From: Candidatus Binatia bacterium
Lineage (GTDB): Bacteria > Desulfobacterota > Binatia > UBA9968 > JAJDTQ01
Length of the DNA stretch: 64,000 nucleotides
Direction: 5' to 3'
Assembly (NCBI GenBank): GCA_963666515.2
Contig: OY762897.2
Coordinates: 2,208,001 to 2,272,000, forward strand
Shown here: one piece after another, positions 28,479 through 41,991 of the stretch
Layout of the letters: every line of letters begins with the position of its first letter
How positions within the stretch are numbered: the stretch's first letter is position 1
Notes under the pieces: model-generated
Databases searched by the model: none
Told to the model about the DNA's origin: nothing
The model's input: the letters and a program-made list of their open reading frames with translations, nothing else
Program-made: the position numbers and the translations under genes

Positions 28479-30062
28479 ATGAAGAAGGTGCTGGTTTCGG
28501 ACCCGCTTCCGGACGTGGGGCTGGCGGTGCTGAACGATGCGGAGGACATCGCCGTCGACGTGCGCACGGGGCTCAAGCCCGAAGAGCTGAAGGAGATCAT
28601 CGGCGGTTACGACGGCTTGATCATCCGAAGCGGCACCAAGGTAACCGCGGAGGTCATCGAGGCCGCCGAAAGGCTCAGGATCGTCGGCCGCGCCGGCGTG
28701 GGCGTGGAGAACGTCGACGTGGACGCCGCCAGCAAGAAGGGCATCGTGGTGATGAACACCCCCGGCGGCAACAACGTCACCACCGGCGAGCACACCATCT
28801 CGCTGATGCTGGCGCTGGCGCGGCACATCCCCCAGGCGGTGGCCTCGCTCAAGGGCGGGAAATGGAACCGCCAGAAGTTCACCGGCGTGGAGGTGTGCAA
28901 CAAGACCCTGGGGGTCATCGGCCTGGGTAACGTGGGACGCATCGTGGCCGAGCGGGCCCTGGGCCTGCGCATGAAGGTGCTGGGATACGATCCCTTCATC
29001 CCGGCCGAGGCCGCCGCGCGCATGGGCGTGGAATCCGCAAGCCTTGACGAGATCTACCGCCGGTCGGACTTCATCACCGTCCACGTGCCGCTGATCGACG
29101 AGACCCGGGGGCTCATCGACCGCGACGCCATCGCGAAGATGAAGGACGGCGTGCGCATCATCAACTGCGCCCGCGGCGGCATCGTGGACGAGAACGACCT
29201 GGCCGAAGCCATCGAGGAGGGCAAGGTGGCGGGGGCGGCGCTGGACGTGTACGTGGACGAGCCGCCGGGGCCGGATCACCCGCTGGTGCAACTGGACCAG
29301 GTGGTGACCACCCCTCACTTGGGCGCCTCCACCGACGAGGCCCAGCTCAACGTCGCCATCGCGGTGGCCGAGCAGATCCGCGACTTCCTCGTGGACGGCG
29401 TCATCCGCTATGCGGTCAACGCTCCCAGCGTGAGCCAGGACCTGCTGCGGGAGCTGCAACCGTACCTCACCCTGGGGGAGAAGCTCGGAAGCCTCCACGT
29501 GCAGTTGCTGGGCAGGTTCCCCGAGGAGATCCAGATCGAGGGCGGCGGCGAGGTGGCGCAGTACGACATCGCCCCCATCGCCCTGGCGGTGTTGAAGGGC
29601 GTGCTGAGCTTCGCCCTGGGCGAGACCGTCAACTACGTCAACGCGCCGTTCATCGCGCAGGAGCGCGGCATCAAGGTGGTCCAGTCCAGGAGCGAAAGGA
29701 CCAGGGACTTCGCCAGCTACATCAAGGTCCGCACCCGCACCGGGGGCGAGGAAACGGAGATCGAGGGCGCGCTCTTCGGCACCAACAATCCCCGCATCGT
29801 GCGCCTCAACGAATTCTACTTCGAGGCCGTGCCCGACGGGCATATCCTGGTTTCCTACAATCACGACGTCCCCGGGGTGGTGGGAGCCATGGGCGCGCTG
29901 CTGGGCGACAACGGCATCAACATCGCCGGGCTGGAGCTGGGGCGGGAGAAGGCCGGCGGACGCGCCATCTCCTTCATCCGCGTGGACAACGCCGTGCCCA
30001 GGGACGTGCTGGACAAGTTCAGGGCCTTGCCTCAAGTCATATCCACCACCGCGGTGAGGCTC

Positions 30063-30065
<3 letters not shown>
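28479..30065 (+). CDS. serA: D-3-phosphoglycerate dehydrogenase (ASB+ACT long form)
   Basis: GRAGVGVEN, GLGNVG, INCARGG, TPHLGAST, C-terminal ACT (DVPGVVG..NIA). Confidence 0.95.
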
Positions 30066-31427
<1,362 letters not shown>

Positions 31428-31468
31428 GAGTGCGGTTCAAAGCCCTGTCCCTCTGGGAGAGGGTTCCC

Positions 31469-33145
31469 TCACCGCGCGGCGCCCGCCTTCCTCGGGTCCG
31501 AAGCTCCGGTGATGCGCTTGCCCTCGACCCGGATGGCTTGCACCGCGCCCAACCGGCGTCTCTCCCGAACCGTGTGCCCCTTGCCTTCGAGGGCCTCTAC
31601 CGCCTCGCCGCCGACCGCGGGCTCCACTTCCACGGTCCGCGGCTCGTCCGCGGGGACATGGATGCGCGGCGCGGCCAGGGCCGCGGCCAGGGGCATGCGG
31701 AAATCCACGACGTTGAGAATGGACTGAAGCACCGCTCCGGTGATCCGCGAACCCCCGGAAGCGCCGATGATGAGCACCGGCCGGCCCTCCTCGAGCAGGA
31801 TGGCCGGGGTCATGCCGTTCACCGGCCGCTTGCGCGGCTTGAGCACGTTGGGCGCGTCCTCCCCGGGCGCCCCGGAACCGTCGCCGCGCGAGAAGTCCCG
31901 CATCCGGTTGTTGAGGATGACGCCGGTCTCCCGCACCAGCACCCTGGCGCCGAAGGGACTGCCCAGGGCGACGCTCATGGAGACCGCGTTGCCGTCGCCG
32001 TCCAGCACGCCGACGTGGCTGGTCCCGCCCCCCTCCGCGCTGCGCGCCGCGGGCCCGGCGACGGCGTGGCGCGCGGCCTGGTCCAGGGAGATGCGCTTGC
32101 GGACCGCGGAGGCGCGCTCCCGGGAGGTGATGCGCTGGACCGGGACCTCGCTGGAGTCCGGGTCTCCGAGGTCCCGCAGCAGGCCGGCCGTTCCCGCCTT
32201 GGTGGTCTCCGCCACCAGGTGCAGGTAGGCTCCCGAGTTGTGGCGGAACTGGTCCGGCCCGTAGCCTTCCATGACGTTCAGGAGCCCCACCAGCGCCACT
32301 CCGCCGGCGCTCGGCGGCGGCGCGGTGACCACGGTCCTGCCCCGGTAGCCTCCGATGACCGGCCGCCGCCACACGGGCTTGTAGCTGCCGAGGTCGTCCA
32401 CGGTCACGGCGCCGCCGTCGTTCGCGATCCGGGCCGCGATGGCCTGCGCGACGGCGCCCCCGTAAAAGGCTGCCGGACCCTCCCTGGCGATGGTCTTCAA
32501 GGTCTCCGCCAGCTCCGGCTGGCGGACGATCCCACCCACCTCGTGAGGCGCCCCCGCGGCGTTGAGAAAGATGCGCGAGAAGTTGTCCCGTTGCCGCAAC
32601 GCCGGCAGGTTCTCCTCGATGGCCCGTCGAAGCCCCGGCGTCACCGGCGACCCCTCGGCGGCGTAGCGGATGGCCGGCGCCAGCACCGTCTCCAACGGCA
32701 ACCGCCCGAACCGCTTCAATGCCTCGGTGAGCCCGGCCACGGTTCCGGGAACGGCCGCGGCCAGGGCGCCGCTCTCCAGCCGGTCCCGGCTGACACCGGC
32801 TCCCGTCCGATAGAGCGCCGGGGCCACCGCCGGCGACACTTCGGTGAAGTCCAGCGCGTGGGCCTTCTTCTCCCGGGACTGGTAGAACACCATGACGCCG
32901 CCTCCGCCGAGGCCGGACGAGGCCGGGTCCACCACCGCCAGGGCAAAGGCCGTCGCCACCGCGGCATCGACGGCGTTGCCGCCCTGCTCGATGATCTCCA
33001 TGCCCGCCCGGACCGCGGCATCGTGGTCGGCCGCCACGACGCCGTCGAGGCGGGTCTGCGCAGGGGAAAACGACGGGCCGGCGAGGAATGAAAGCCCCAG
33101 AACCAGGGTTGCGCCGAAGACACGGTTTCGGACGGCAACGGTCAT
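31469..33145 (-). CDS. ggt: Gamma-glutamyltransferase, with signal peptide
   Basis: GGNAVDAAVA, SGLGGGG, TSHVGVLDGDGN, GASGGSRI, GASDPR. Confidence 0.92.
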   Translation of the reverse strand: MTVAVRNRVFGATLVLGLSFLAGPSFSPAQTRLDGVVAADHDAAVRAGMEIIEQGGNAVDAAVATAFALAVVDPASSGLGGGGVMVFYQSREKKAHALDFTEVSPAVAPALYRTGAGVSRDRLESGALAAAVPGTVAGLTEALKRFGRLPLETVLAPAIRYAAEGSPVTPGLRRAIEENLPALRQRDNFSRIFLNAAGAPHEVGGIVRQPELAETLKTIAREGPAAFYGGAVAQAIAARIANDGGAVTVDDLGSYKPVWRRPVIGGYRGRTVVTAPPPSAGGVALVGLLNVMEGYGPDQFRHNSGAYLHLVAETTKAGTAGLLRDLGDPDSSEVPVQRITSRERASAVRKRISLDQAARHAVAGPAARSAEGGGTSHVGVLDGDGNAVSMSVALGSPFGARVLVRETGVILNNRMRDFSRGDGSGAPGEDAPNVLKPRKRPVNGMTPAILLEEGRPVLIIGASGGSRITGAVLQSILNVVDFRMPLAAALAAPRIHVPADEPRTVEVEPAVGGEAVEALEGKGHTVRERRRLGAVQAIRVEGKRITGASDPRKAGAAR

Positions 33146-33294
33146 GACCCCCGGAACCTAGTTCTTTGTCGGCTGGTTTGCAACGGCCAATCTTTCCGGG
33201 GGGCGGCGGTTGTGTTAGTCTTGGTTCTGCTGCCGCGGGTCGCCGGTCCCGGCAATCCGCGTGATGAACCCCGGCAACATCCGGAGACGAACGC

Positions 33295-35295
33295 TTGGCG
33301 CGCAAATACGTCCTCAAGAACATCGACCCCGCCCCGTCCCCTGCCGTATCCGCGATCGATTACGAGGAGGAGCTCAACGAGGCGCAGCGCGAGGCCGCGA
33401 TGTTCCTGGAGGGTCCGTTGCTGGTGGTGGCCGGCGCCGGCACCGGCAAGACCCGGACCCTGGTGTACCGGGTGGCGCGGCTGATCGAACGGGGCATCGA
33501 TCCCCAGTCCATCCTGCTGATGACCTTCACCCGCCGGGCCGCGGAGGAGATGCTGCAGCGCGCGAGCCTCCTGACCGACTCCCGTTGCGAGCGCATCGCC
33601 GGCGGCACCTTCCACTCCTTCGGCAACATGGTGCTGCGACAGTACGGCCAACTCATCGGACTGGCGCCGGGCTTCACCATCATGGACCGTTCCGACAGCG
33701 AGGACGTGATCCAGCTCCTGCGCGCCGACATGGGCCTCGACAAGCGCGAGAAGCGCTTTCCCAGGAAGCAGACCATCGGGGAGATCCAGAGCCTGGCGCG
33801 CAACAAGCAGGTGCCCCTCCCCGAGCTGGTCGAGCGCGAGTACTCGCACCTCGCCGAGTTCCTGGAGGAGCTGACGGTGCTCGCGGAGCGTTACCGGGTC
33901 TACAAGCGCGAGAAGTCGCTGCTGGACTACGACGACCTGCTCACCTGCCTCAAGGACCTCCTGGAGTCCCACGAGGACCTGCGGCGGCGGCTGTCGGAAC
34001 GCTTCCGCTTCGTCATGGTGGACGAGTACCAGGACACCAACCGCCTGCAGTCCGACATCATCCGCCGGCTGGCCTTCACCCACGACAACGTCATGGCCGT
34101 GGGCGACGACGCCCAGAGCATCTACTCGTTCCGCGGCGCCCACTTCCGCAACATCATGGACTTTCCCAACCAGTTTCCGGGAACGACGATCATACCCCTG
34201 GAGGAGAACTACCGCAGCACCCAGCCCATCCTGCGGCTCACCAACGAGATCATCACCCGGGCCGCGGAGCGCTACGAGAAGAACCTCTACAGCCGCAAGA
34301 GCGACGGCGAGACGCCGATCCTGGTCCAGGCCGAGAGCGAGCACACCCAGTCGCGGTTCGTGTGCCAGCGCGTGCTGGAGCTGCGGGAGGAGGGGGTGCC
34401 GCTGTGGGACATGGCGGTGCTGTTCCGCTCCAGCTTCCACTCCTTCGACCTGGAGATCGAGCTGGCCCGGCACGACATCCCCTTCGTCAAGCGCGGCGGC
34501 TTCCAGTTCATGGAGACGGCCCACGTCAAGGACGTGCTGGCGCACCTCCGGGTGGTCAGCAACCCCAGGGACGCGGTGTCCTGGGGCCGGGTGCTGATGC
34601 TGCTGGAGGGGGTCGGCCCGCAGATGAGCCGCAAGCTCATCGACCGCATCCTGTCCGAGGCGGACCCCAGTGAATGCCTGAAGCGGACCGAGTCGCGCGG
34701 CCGCGCGGCCCAGGCGATCAAGACGCTGGGACAGGTGCTCGGCGAGTGCTCGGAGCGGACCCGGCCGGCGGACTTGGCGCAGTACCTGATGCAGTACTAT
34801 CTTCCCATCCTCAAGCGGAAGCACGCCGACGACTACCCCAAGCGGCTGCGGGACCTGGAGCACTTCCAGGGGCTGACCGAGCGCTACCAGAGCCTCGAGC
34901 GCCTGTTGAGCGACATGGCGCTGGACCCGCCCACCGCCAGCGTGGACGATGCCGAACCGGTGGACCCCGACGAGGGCCCCCTGGTGCTGTCCACCGTCCA
35001 TTCCGCCAAGGGGCTGGAGTGGCATTCCGTGTTCATCATCTGGGCGCTGGAGGGACGGTTTCCCTCCTACTACAACACCAACAGCCTCGAGGAGCTGGAG
35101 GAGGAACGCCGGCTGCTGTACGTGGCCGCCACGCGCGCCAAGGAGAACCTCTTCTTCGCCTATCCGGCGCGCGTGTACGACCGTTCCCTGGGAATGGTGT
35201 TCTCGCAGCCGTCGCAGTTCATCGAGGGAATCCCCGAGGATCTGCTGGAACCCATGTCGCTGGTCCATGAAGACTGGTACTACAGCCAGCTTTAG
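33295..35295 (+). CDS. UvrD/PcrA-family ATP-dependent helicase
   Basis: AGAGTGKT, VDEYQDTN, VGDDAQSIYSFRGA, NYRS, HSAKGLEW, EERRLLYVAATRA. Confidence 0.95.
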   Translation: MARKYVLKNIDPAPSPAVSAIDYEEELNEAQREAAMFLEGPLLVVAGAGTGKTRTLVYRVARLIERGIDPQSILLMTFTRRAAEEMLQRASLLTDSRCERIAGGTFHSFGNMVLRQYGQLIGLAPGFTIMDRSDSEDVIQLLRADMGLDKREKRFPRKQTIGEIQSLARNKQVPLPELVEREYSHLAEFLEELTVLAERYRVYKREKSLLDYDDLLTCLKDLLESHEDLRRRLSERFRFVMVDEYQDTNRLQSDIIRRLAFTHDNVMAVGDDAQSIYSFRGAHFRNIMDFPNQFPGTTIIPLEENYRSTQPILRLTNEIITRAAERYEKNLYSRKSDGETPILVQAESEHTQSRFVCQRVLELREEGVPLWDMAVLFRSSFHSFDLEIELARHDIPFVKRGGFQFMETAHVKDVLAHLRVVSNPRDAVSWGRVLMLLEGVGPQMSRKLIDRILSEADPSECLKRTESRGRAAQAIKTLGQVLGECSERTRPADLAQYLMQYYLPILKRKHADDYPKRLRDLEHFQGLTERYQSLERLLSDMALDPPTASVDDAEPVDPDEGPLVLSTVHSAKGLEWHSVFIIWALEGRFPSYYNTNSLEELEEERRLLYVAATRAKENLFFAYPARVYDRSLGMVFSQPSQFIEGIPEDLLEPMSLVHEDWYYSQL

Positions 35296-35313
35296 CGCCG
35301 CGTCAGGCGATCG

Positions 35314-36216
35314 TTGAAGGTGTCCCCGAAGTCCCTGATATCGGCCATCCTGGCGCCCATCGGGCGCGGCTGGGCCAAGACGCTGTACGAGAAGAATACC
35401 GGCCATCACCGCATCCGGGTGGAAGAGACCCGGGAACGCCGCTACCTCTACTTCGACGGAACGCTGCAAAGCTCCATGGACCGGCGCGACCCCACCTCGC
35501 TGGAACTGCTCTACTCCCGCTTCGCCTCGCTGGGGCTGGCGCTCCGGCCGGACGCCGCCAGGGCCCTGATCATCGGGCTGGGCGGCGGCTCCATGGCCAA
35601 GAAGTACCACCGGGAGTTCCCGGAGATGGAGATCGACTCCATCGAGATCGACCCGGACGTGGTGGAGGTCGCGCGCGCGTACTTCCACTTCCGGGAAGAC
35701 TCCAGGCAGAGGGTCCACGGCGGCGACGGCCGGGAGTTCCTGGCGCGCACCGGAGAACGTTTCGACCTGATCCTGCTGGACGCCTACTACGCGGACAACA
35801 TGCCCTTTCACCTGGTCACGCGCGAGTTCTTCGACACCGCCCGGGACAGGATGACGCCCGAAGGCGTGCTGGTGATCAACCTCATCGGCTCGTTGCGGGG
35901 ACCGGACAGCGCCATGGTCCGCGCCGCCATCAAGACGCTGAGCGACGTGTTCCCGCAAGTCTATACGTTTCCCACGTTCGGCAACCGCGGCCGGGTGCTG
36001 ACCGAGATCCAGAACGTCGTGGTGCTGGCCAGCAAGGCGCGGGAACGCATGAGCATGAAGGAGATGGAGCGGCGGGCCGCCCGCCTCGGCCGGGACCTGT
36101 TCCCCGACCCGGTCAGCAAGATCCGAAGGTCCTATTTCACCGGGCCGCTGGAGCAGGACGACGTCGAGCTCCTCACCGATGATGCCGCGCCGCTGGATGA
36201 TCTGGTGCGTCTTTAG
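35314..36216 (+). CDS. Spermidine-synthase-like SAM-binding protein
   Basis: IIGLGGGS, EIDPDVV, DLILLDAY, LTDD.AP. Confidence 0.85.
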   Translation: MKVSPKSLISAILAPIGRGWAKTLYEKNTGHHRIRVEETRERRYLYFDGTLQSSMDRRDPTSLELLYSRFASLGLALRPDAARALIIGLGGGSMAKKYHREFPEMEIDSIEIDPDVVEVARAYFHFREDSRQRVHGGDGREFLARTGERFDLILLDAYYADNMPFHLVTREFFDTARDRMTPEGVLVINLIGSLRGPDSAMVRAAIKTLSDVFPQVYTFPTFGNRGRVLTEIQNVVVLASKARERMSMKEMERRAARLGRDLFPDPVSKIRRSYFTGPLEQDDVELLTDDAAPLDDLVRL

Positions 36217-36846
36217 CGGCCTGCTGCTGGCGGGCTGCGCCGCCGGCCACCCGGACCGGGCCTCGCGGCCGCTTCGGGTGGTGCGGGTGAAGCTGGTGGC
36301 CGATCCGGCGTTGCGGCGGGCCGACCCGCGCTGGCGCGACACCGCGGAGGAGCTGTTGCGGGCGGCGTCCGACTACTACGAAGAGCGGTTCGGCATCCGG
36401 CTGGCGCCCCAGGCCGTCGAGCCCTGGCCCGTGGAGGGCACGACGTCGTCCTCGGTCACCCTGATGAGGCGCCTCAAGCGCGCCTATCCGAGGGGGGGCG
36501 GACACCGGCCCTACGACGTCGTCATCGGGTTGACCCGGCAGCCGCTCAACTTCTACCGGGGCGGCCGCGCCCGCGCCGACCGCTTCGGCAACTGCGTCCA
36601 GGGACTGGGAAACTACATCGTGAGCCACGTCGGGGAGTCCTTCGACTACGATGACCGCGAGTTGACCCACGACGCCGCGGCGCTGATCCACGAGATGGGG
36701 CACCTCTTCGGCGCCGTCCACACCGACGATCCGGAATCGGTGATGCACCGGGACTTCGACCTCAGGACGGGCTTCGACGCTCCCAACCGCGCCACCGTCA
36801 TGAGGAACCGCCTCTGCCCCTTCGGCGACCCGACGACAGGTGAACG

Positions 36847-36850
<4 letters not shown>
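36179..36850 (+). CDS. Lipoprotein zinc metalloprotease (metzincin, M12-like)
   Basis: Lipobox LLAGC; HEMGHLFGAVH; SVM Met-turn. Confidence 0.85.
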
Positions 36851-38790
<1,940 letters not shown>

Positions 38791-38884
38791 CGGCGTTTGG
38801 CCCCTCGTCAAGAGGTGGTAGGATGAAGGCAGGAACCGGATGAGGGAACACGGATGAGGGAACGATAACGGGGAGGGACCGATC

Positions 38885-39439
38885 ATGGCCTGGGAGCAAC
38901 CCCAAAGCGAAAAGCTTACCTATCAGGACTACCTGAACACGCCTGACGACGTGCGCTACGAACTTATCGACGGCGAACTGATCGTCATGGAGCCGGCGCC
39001 GACCACGCCGCACCAGAGCGTTTCGATAAACCTCTCCACCCTGCTGTGGTCTTTCGTGAGACGCCATGGCCTGGGGAAGGTGTTCGCCGCGCCGACCGAC
39101 GTCTACCTCTCCGAGACCAACGTCGTGCAGCCGGACGTCCTGTTCGTGTCCGCGGCGCGGACCGCGATCATCACCGAACGCAACGTCCACGGCGCGCCGG
39201 ACCTAGTCGTCGAGATTGCCTCGCCCTCTACCGAAGCGCGTGACCGCGGCGTCAAGCTGGAGTTGTACGCCCGCTGCGGAGTGGCCGAGTACTGGCTGGC
39301 CGACCCCGCCGCCGAAACCGTCGAGACTCTGCGGCCGGAGGACGGGGAGTTCGTCGCAACCGGGCGCTACGGCCGGACGGACACCTTTACGACTCCCCTG
39401 CTGCCGGGGCTGGCCATCGACCTGACCGAGGTCTTCTGA
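38885..39439 (+). CDS. Uma2 family endonuclease
   Basis: RYELIDGEL, VQPDV, APDLVVEIASPST, GVAEYW. Confidence 0.92.
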   Translation: MAWEQPQSEKLTYQDYLNTPDDVRYELIDGELIVMEPAPTTPHQSVSINLSTLLWSFVRRHGLGKVFAAPTDVYLSETNVVQPDVLFVSAARTAIITERNVHGAPDLVVEIASPSTEARDRGVKLELYARCGVAEYWLADPAAETVETLRPEDGEFVATGRYGRTDTFTTPLLPGLAIDLTEVF

Positions 39440-39481
39440 GAACGTGGCCGGAACACCGTCGATGATCCCGGCAGGGCGCCG

Positions 39482-39913
39482 ATGAAGATCAACTCCCGCA
39501 GCACTTACGGCATTCTGGCCCTGGAGGAACTGGCCCGGCGGTGGGACGCAAGGACGCCGATCCAGGTGAAGGAGATCGCGGAAAGGAAGGCGATCCCCGA
39601 AGAGTTCCTCGGGCAAATCATGATCTCGTTGAAACAGGCGGATATCGTAGGCGCGGCCAGGGGACCCGGCGGTGGATACTATCTCACGCGGCCGCCGGAA
39701 CGGATCCGGCTGCGGGAGGTGCTGGAGGTGCTGAGCGGGTCGGCGCCCGGGCCGGAGGAAAGCCTGCGGAAATACACGGCCGATTCCGTAGCCGCCCGAA
39801 AAGTGCTGGAGACCTGGAGAAGGGCGGCCGACGCCATGGATGACGTCCTCGACGGCGTCACACTCGCCGATGTCTGCGAGCCGGACGACCGGCCGCACAT
39901 GTACTACATCTGA
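39482..39913 (+). CDS. Rrf2 family regulator, CymR-like
   Basis: RGPGGGYYL; no IscR-type Cys triad; C-terminal MYYI. Confidence 0.88.
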   Translation: MKINSRSTYGILALEELARRWDARTPIQVKEIAERKAIPEEFLGQIMISLKQADIVGAARGPGGGYYLTRPPERIRLREVLEVLSGSAPGPEESLRKYTADSVAARKVLETWRRAADAMDDVLDGVTLADVCEPDDRPHMYYI

Positions 39914-40001
39914 GGCTCGACCTGATTCTTCGCAGGCGGGACTCGTGGAGGCCGGCGGGCTGCCTTTGGAGCCCGCCCGTTCAAACGTGGAGGCATGACG
40001 A

Positions 40002-40841
40002 ATGGAAGCGATCAAACGAGGCGAGCGCGTGAAGGGCAAGGTGGCGCTGGTGGCCGGCGCCGGGTCCATCGAGGCCGGCTGGGGCAACGGCAAGGCCGCG
40101 GCCGTGCTCTACGCGCGCGAAGGCGCCAAGGTGTTCGCGGTGGACTACCGTCACGAAGCCGCGGAAGAGACCCGCGCCATCATCGAGTCCGAGGGGGGCG
40201 TATGCGCGACCTTTGCCGCGGACGTGACCTCGGAGACGGACGTCAAGGCCATGGTGGAAGCCTGCATGGACGCCTTCGGCCGCATCGACATCCTCCACAA
40301 CAACGTCGGCGGCCAGGGGCCGGGGCGGTGGGTGCTGGACATCGAGCGCGACGACTGGGACGCGGTGCTGGCCCGCAACGTGACCTCGGTGCTGCTCACC
40401 TGCAAGGCCGTCATCCCCATCATGATCCGCCAGGGCGGCGGCGCGATCGTCAACATCTCCTCCATCGCCAGCATGCGCCACGTCAACGTGCCCACCGCCT
40501 CCTATTCCGCGGCCAAGGGCGCGGTCAACCTGCTCACCCAGAACCTGGCGCTGCAATACGCCGACAAGCACATCCGCGCCAACTGCGTGCTGCCCGGCTA
40601 CATCGACACGCCGTTCACGCGGCGCATCGTGGCCGGAAAACCCAGCTACGAGCACAAAGGGTTCACTTCGGCGGAAGAGTACCGCAAGGCCCGCGACGGC
40701 ATCGTCCCGCTGGGCCGGGGCGGCACCGCGTGGGACGTGGCGCAAGCCGCGCTGTTCCTGGCCTCGGACGACGCCGACTACATCACCGGCGTGATGCTGC
40801 CGGTGGACGGCGGCGTCACCGCCACGTGCCCCGGCGTCTGA
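40002..40841 (+). CDS. SDR family oxidoreductase
   Basis: GWGNG, NNVG, YSAAK, PGYIDT. Confidence 0.92.
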   Translation: MEAIKRGERVKGKVALVAGAGSIEAGWGNGKAAAVLYAREGAKVFAVDYRHEAAEETRAIIESEGGVCATFAADVTSETDVKAMVEACMDAFGRIDILHNNVGGQGPGRWVLDIERDDWDAVLARNVTSVLLTCKAVIPIMIRQGGGAIVNISSIASMRHVNVPTASYSAAKGAVNLLTQNLALQYADKHIRANCVLPGYIDTPFTRRIVAGKPSYEHKGFTSAEEYRKARDGIVPLGRGGTAWDVAQAALFLASDDADYITGVMLPVDGGVTATCPGV

Positions 40842-40848
40842 AGTATGC

Positions 40849-40886
40849 GTCCTTCGACTTCGCTTCGCTACGCTCAGGACGAACGG
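40849..40886. repeat. Palindromic repeat family B, single unit
   Basis: GTCCTTCGACTTCGCTTCGCTACGCTCAGGACGAACGG is the near reverse complement of 11248-11285. Confidence 0.85.
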
Positions 40887-40911
40887 GACTATGATGTGAG
40901 AACCAGACCGC

Positions 40912-41883
40912 CTACAGCGACCGCGCGAACTCGCCGAGGAACTTCAGGGTCCGCTGCCGGGAGGCTTCGAGGTCTTTGCCGGCGGGCAGCACGCTGGCCA
41001 TGATCTCCCCGGTGCCGAACGAGAACAGCTCCCGCAACCGGCGCTCCGCTTCCGCCTCGTCGCCGGAGATCACCAGCGCCTTCAGCATCGGGGTGCTCCA
41101 GGCCCGCTTTCCGGCTTCCGCGAAGCCGGCCAGGCGGTACATCTCCACGTAAGGGTCGCGCCGCATGTAGGAGTCGAAGCGCTCCCGCGCCACCGCTTCG
41201 ACTTCGTCCCAGTCCTCGTGGAGGCTGACGGCTACGTGGGCGATGAGCGGCGGCGCCGGCTGCCCGGCCTTCGCCGCGCCCGCGGCCATGGCCGGCAGGG
41301 CGAAGTCTCGCAGGTAGGCGCCGGGACACAGCCAGCTTATGGCGCCGTCCGTGAACCTGCCGGCAAGCTCGAAGGACTTCGGCCGCACGGCCGAGATCAT
41401 CACGGGCACGTCCACGGGCTCGTTGTCCGCGGTCTGCGCGCGGTAGTGACGCCCCTCGAAATCCACCCTGCCCTCGCGCAGCACCGACCTCACGATGCGC
41501 ACGTACTCGGTCAGGTGACCCAAAGGACGCTCGAACGCGAAACCGTAGGTACGCTCGATGGGCGCCTTGTTGCCCGGGCCGACGCCCAGGCGGAACCGGC
41601 CCGGCGCAAGCTGCGCCATGGCCTCGCAGTACTCGACGAAGGACAGGGGATGGCGGGGCCACGTCAGCACGATGGCAGTGCCCAGTTGGATGGTCTCGGT
41701 GCACATGGCCGCGGCCGCCAGGATGCTCGGGGTGTCGCGGCGGATGTTGTTGTCCGCGGTCCTGGGTCCGCCGGTGGTCATCCATACGGCCTGGATCCCC
41801 AATGCCTCGGCCTCGCGGATGTCGCCCAGCACCTGGTGGACATCCGATCCGGGAACTTCAATGCCGACTCTTGATTCCGCCAT
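40912..41883 (-). CDS. LLM-class flavin/F420-dependent oxidoreductase
   Basis: AEALG, QLGTAIV..PRHP, GRFRLGVG, FEGRHY. Confidence 0.88.
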   Translation of the reverse strand: MAESRVGIEVPGSDVHQVLGDIREAEALGIQAVWMTTGGPRTADNNIRRDTPSILAAAAMCTETIQLGTAIVLTWPRHPLSFVEYCEAMAQLAPGRFRLGVGPGNKAPIERTYGFAFERPLGHLTEYVRIVRSVLREGRVDFEGRHYRAQTADNEPVDVPVMISAVRPKSFELAGRFTDGAISWLCPGAYLRDFALPAMAAGAAKAGQPAPPLIAHVAVSLHEDWDEVEAVARERFDSYMRRDPYVEMYRLAGFAEAGKRAWSTPMLKALVISGDEAEAERRLRELFSFGTGEIMASVLPAGKDLEASRQRTLKFLGEFARSL

Positions 41884-41991
41884 CACCTGTCCTGCTATAA
41901 CCGTTCTGATGGACGCCGGTCAACTTTCGGCCGGTGTCGGTATCTCATCCATGCGTTTACGGACATGTTCCCTGTTTGAACGGAGGCGAAG

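Noticed and set aside
27120-30035. 971-aa minus-strand ORF, and similar long ORFs at 33142..36342, 3456..5411 and 14527..16791
   Set aside because: Antisense shadows of well-supported genes, common in high-GC DNA; no recognisable motifs.
31441-31472. CCCTGTCCCTCTGGGAGAGGG hairpin between purA and ggt
   Set aside because: Resembles another REP-like family but is single-copy in the window.
38821-38863. Short tandem CGGATGAGGGAAC repeats before the Uma2 gene
   Set aside because: Two to three short units with no spacers; likely slippage, not a CRISPR array.
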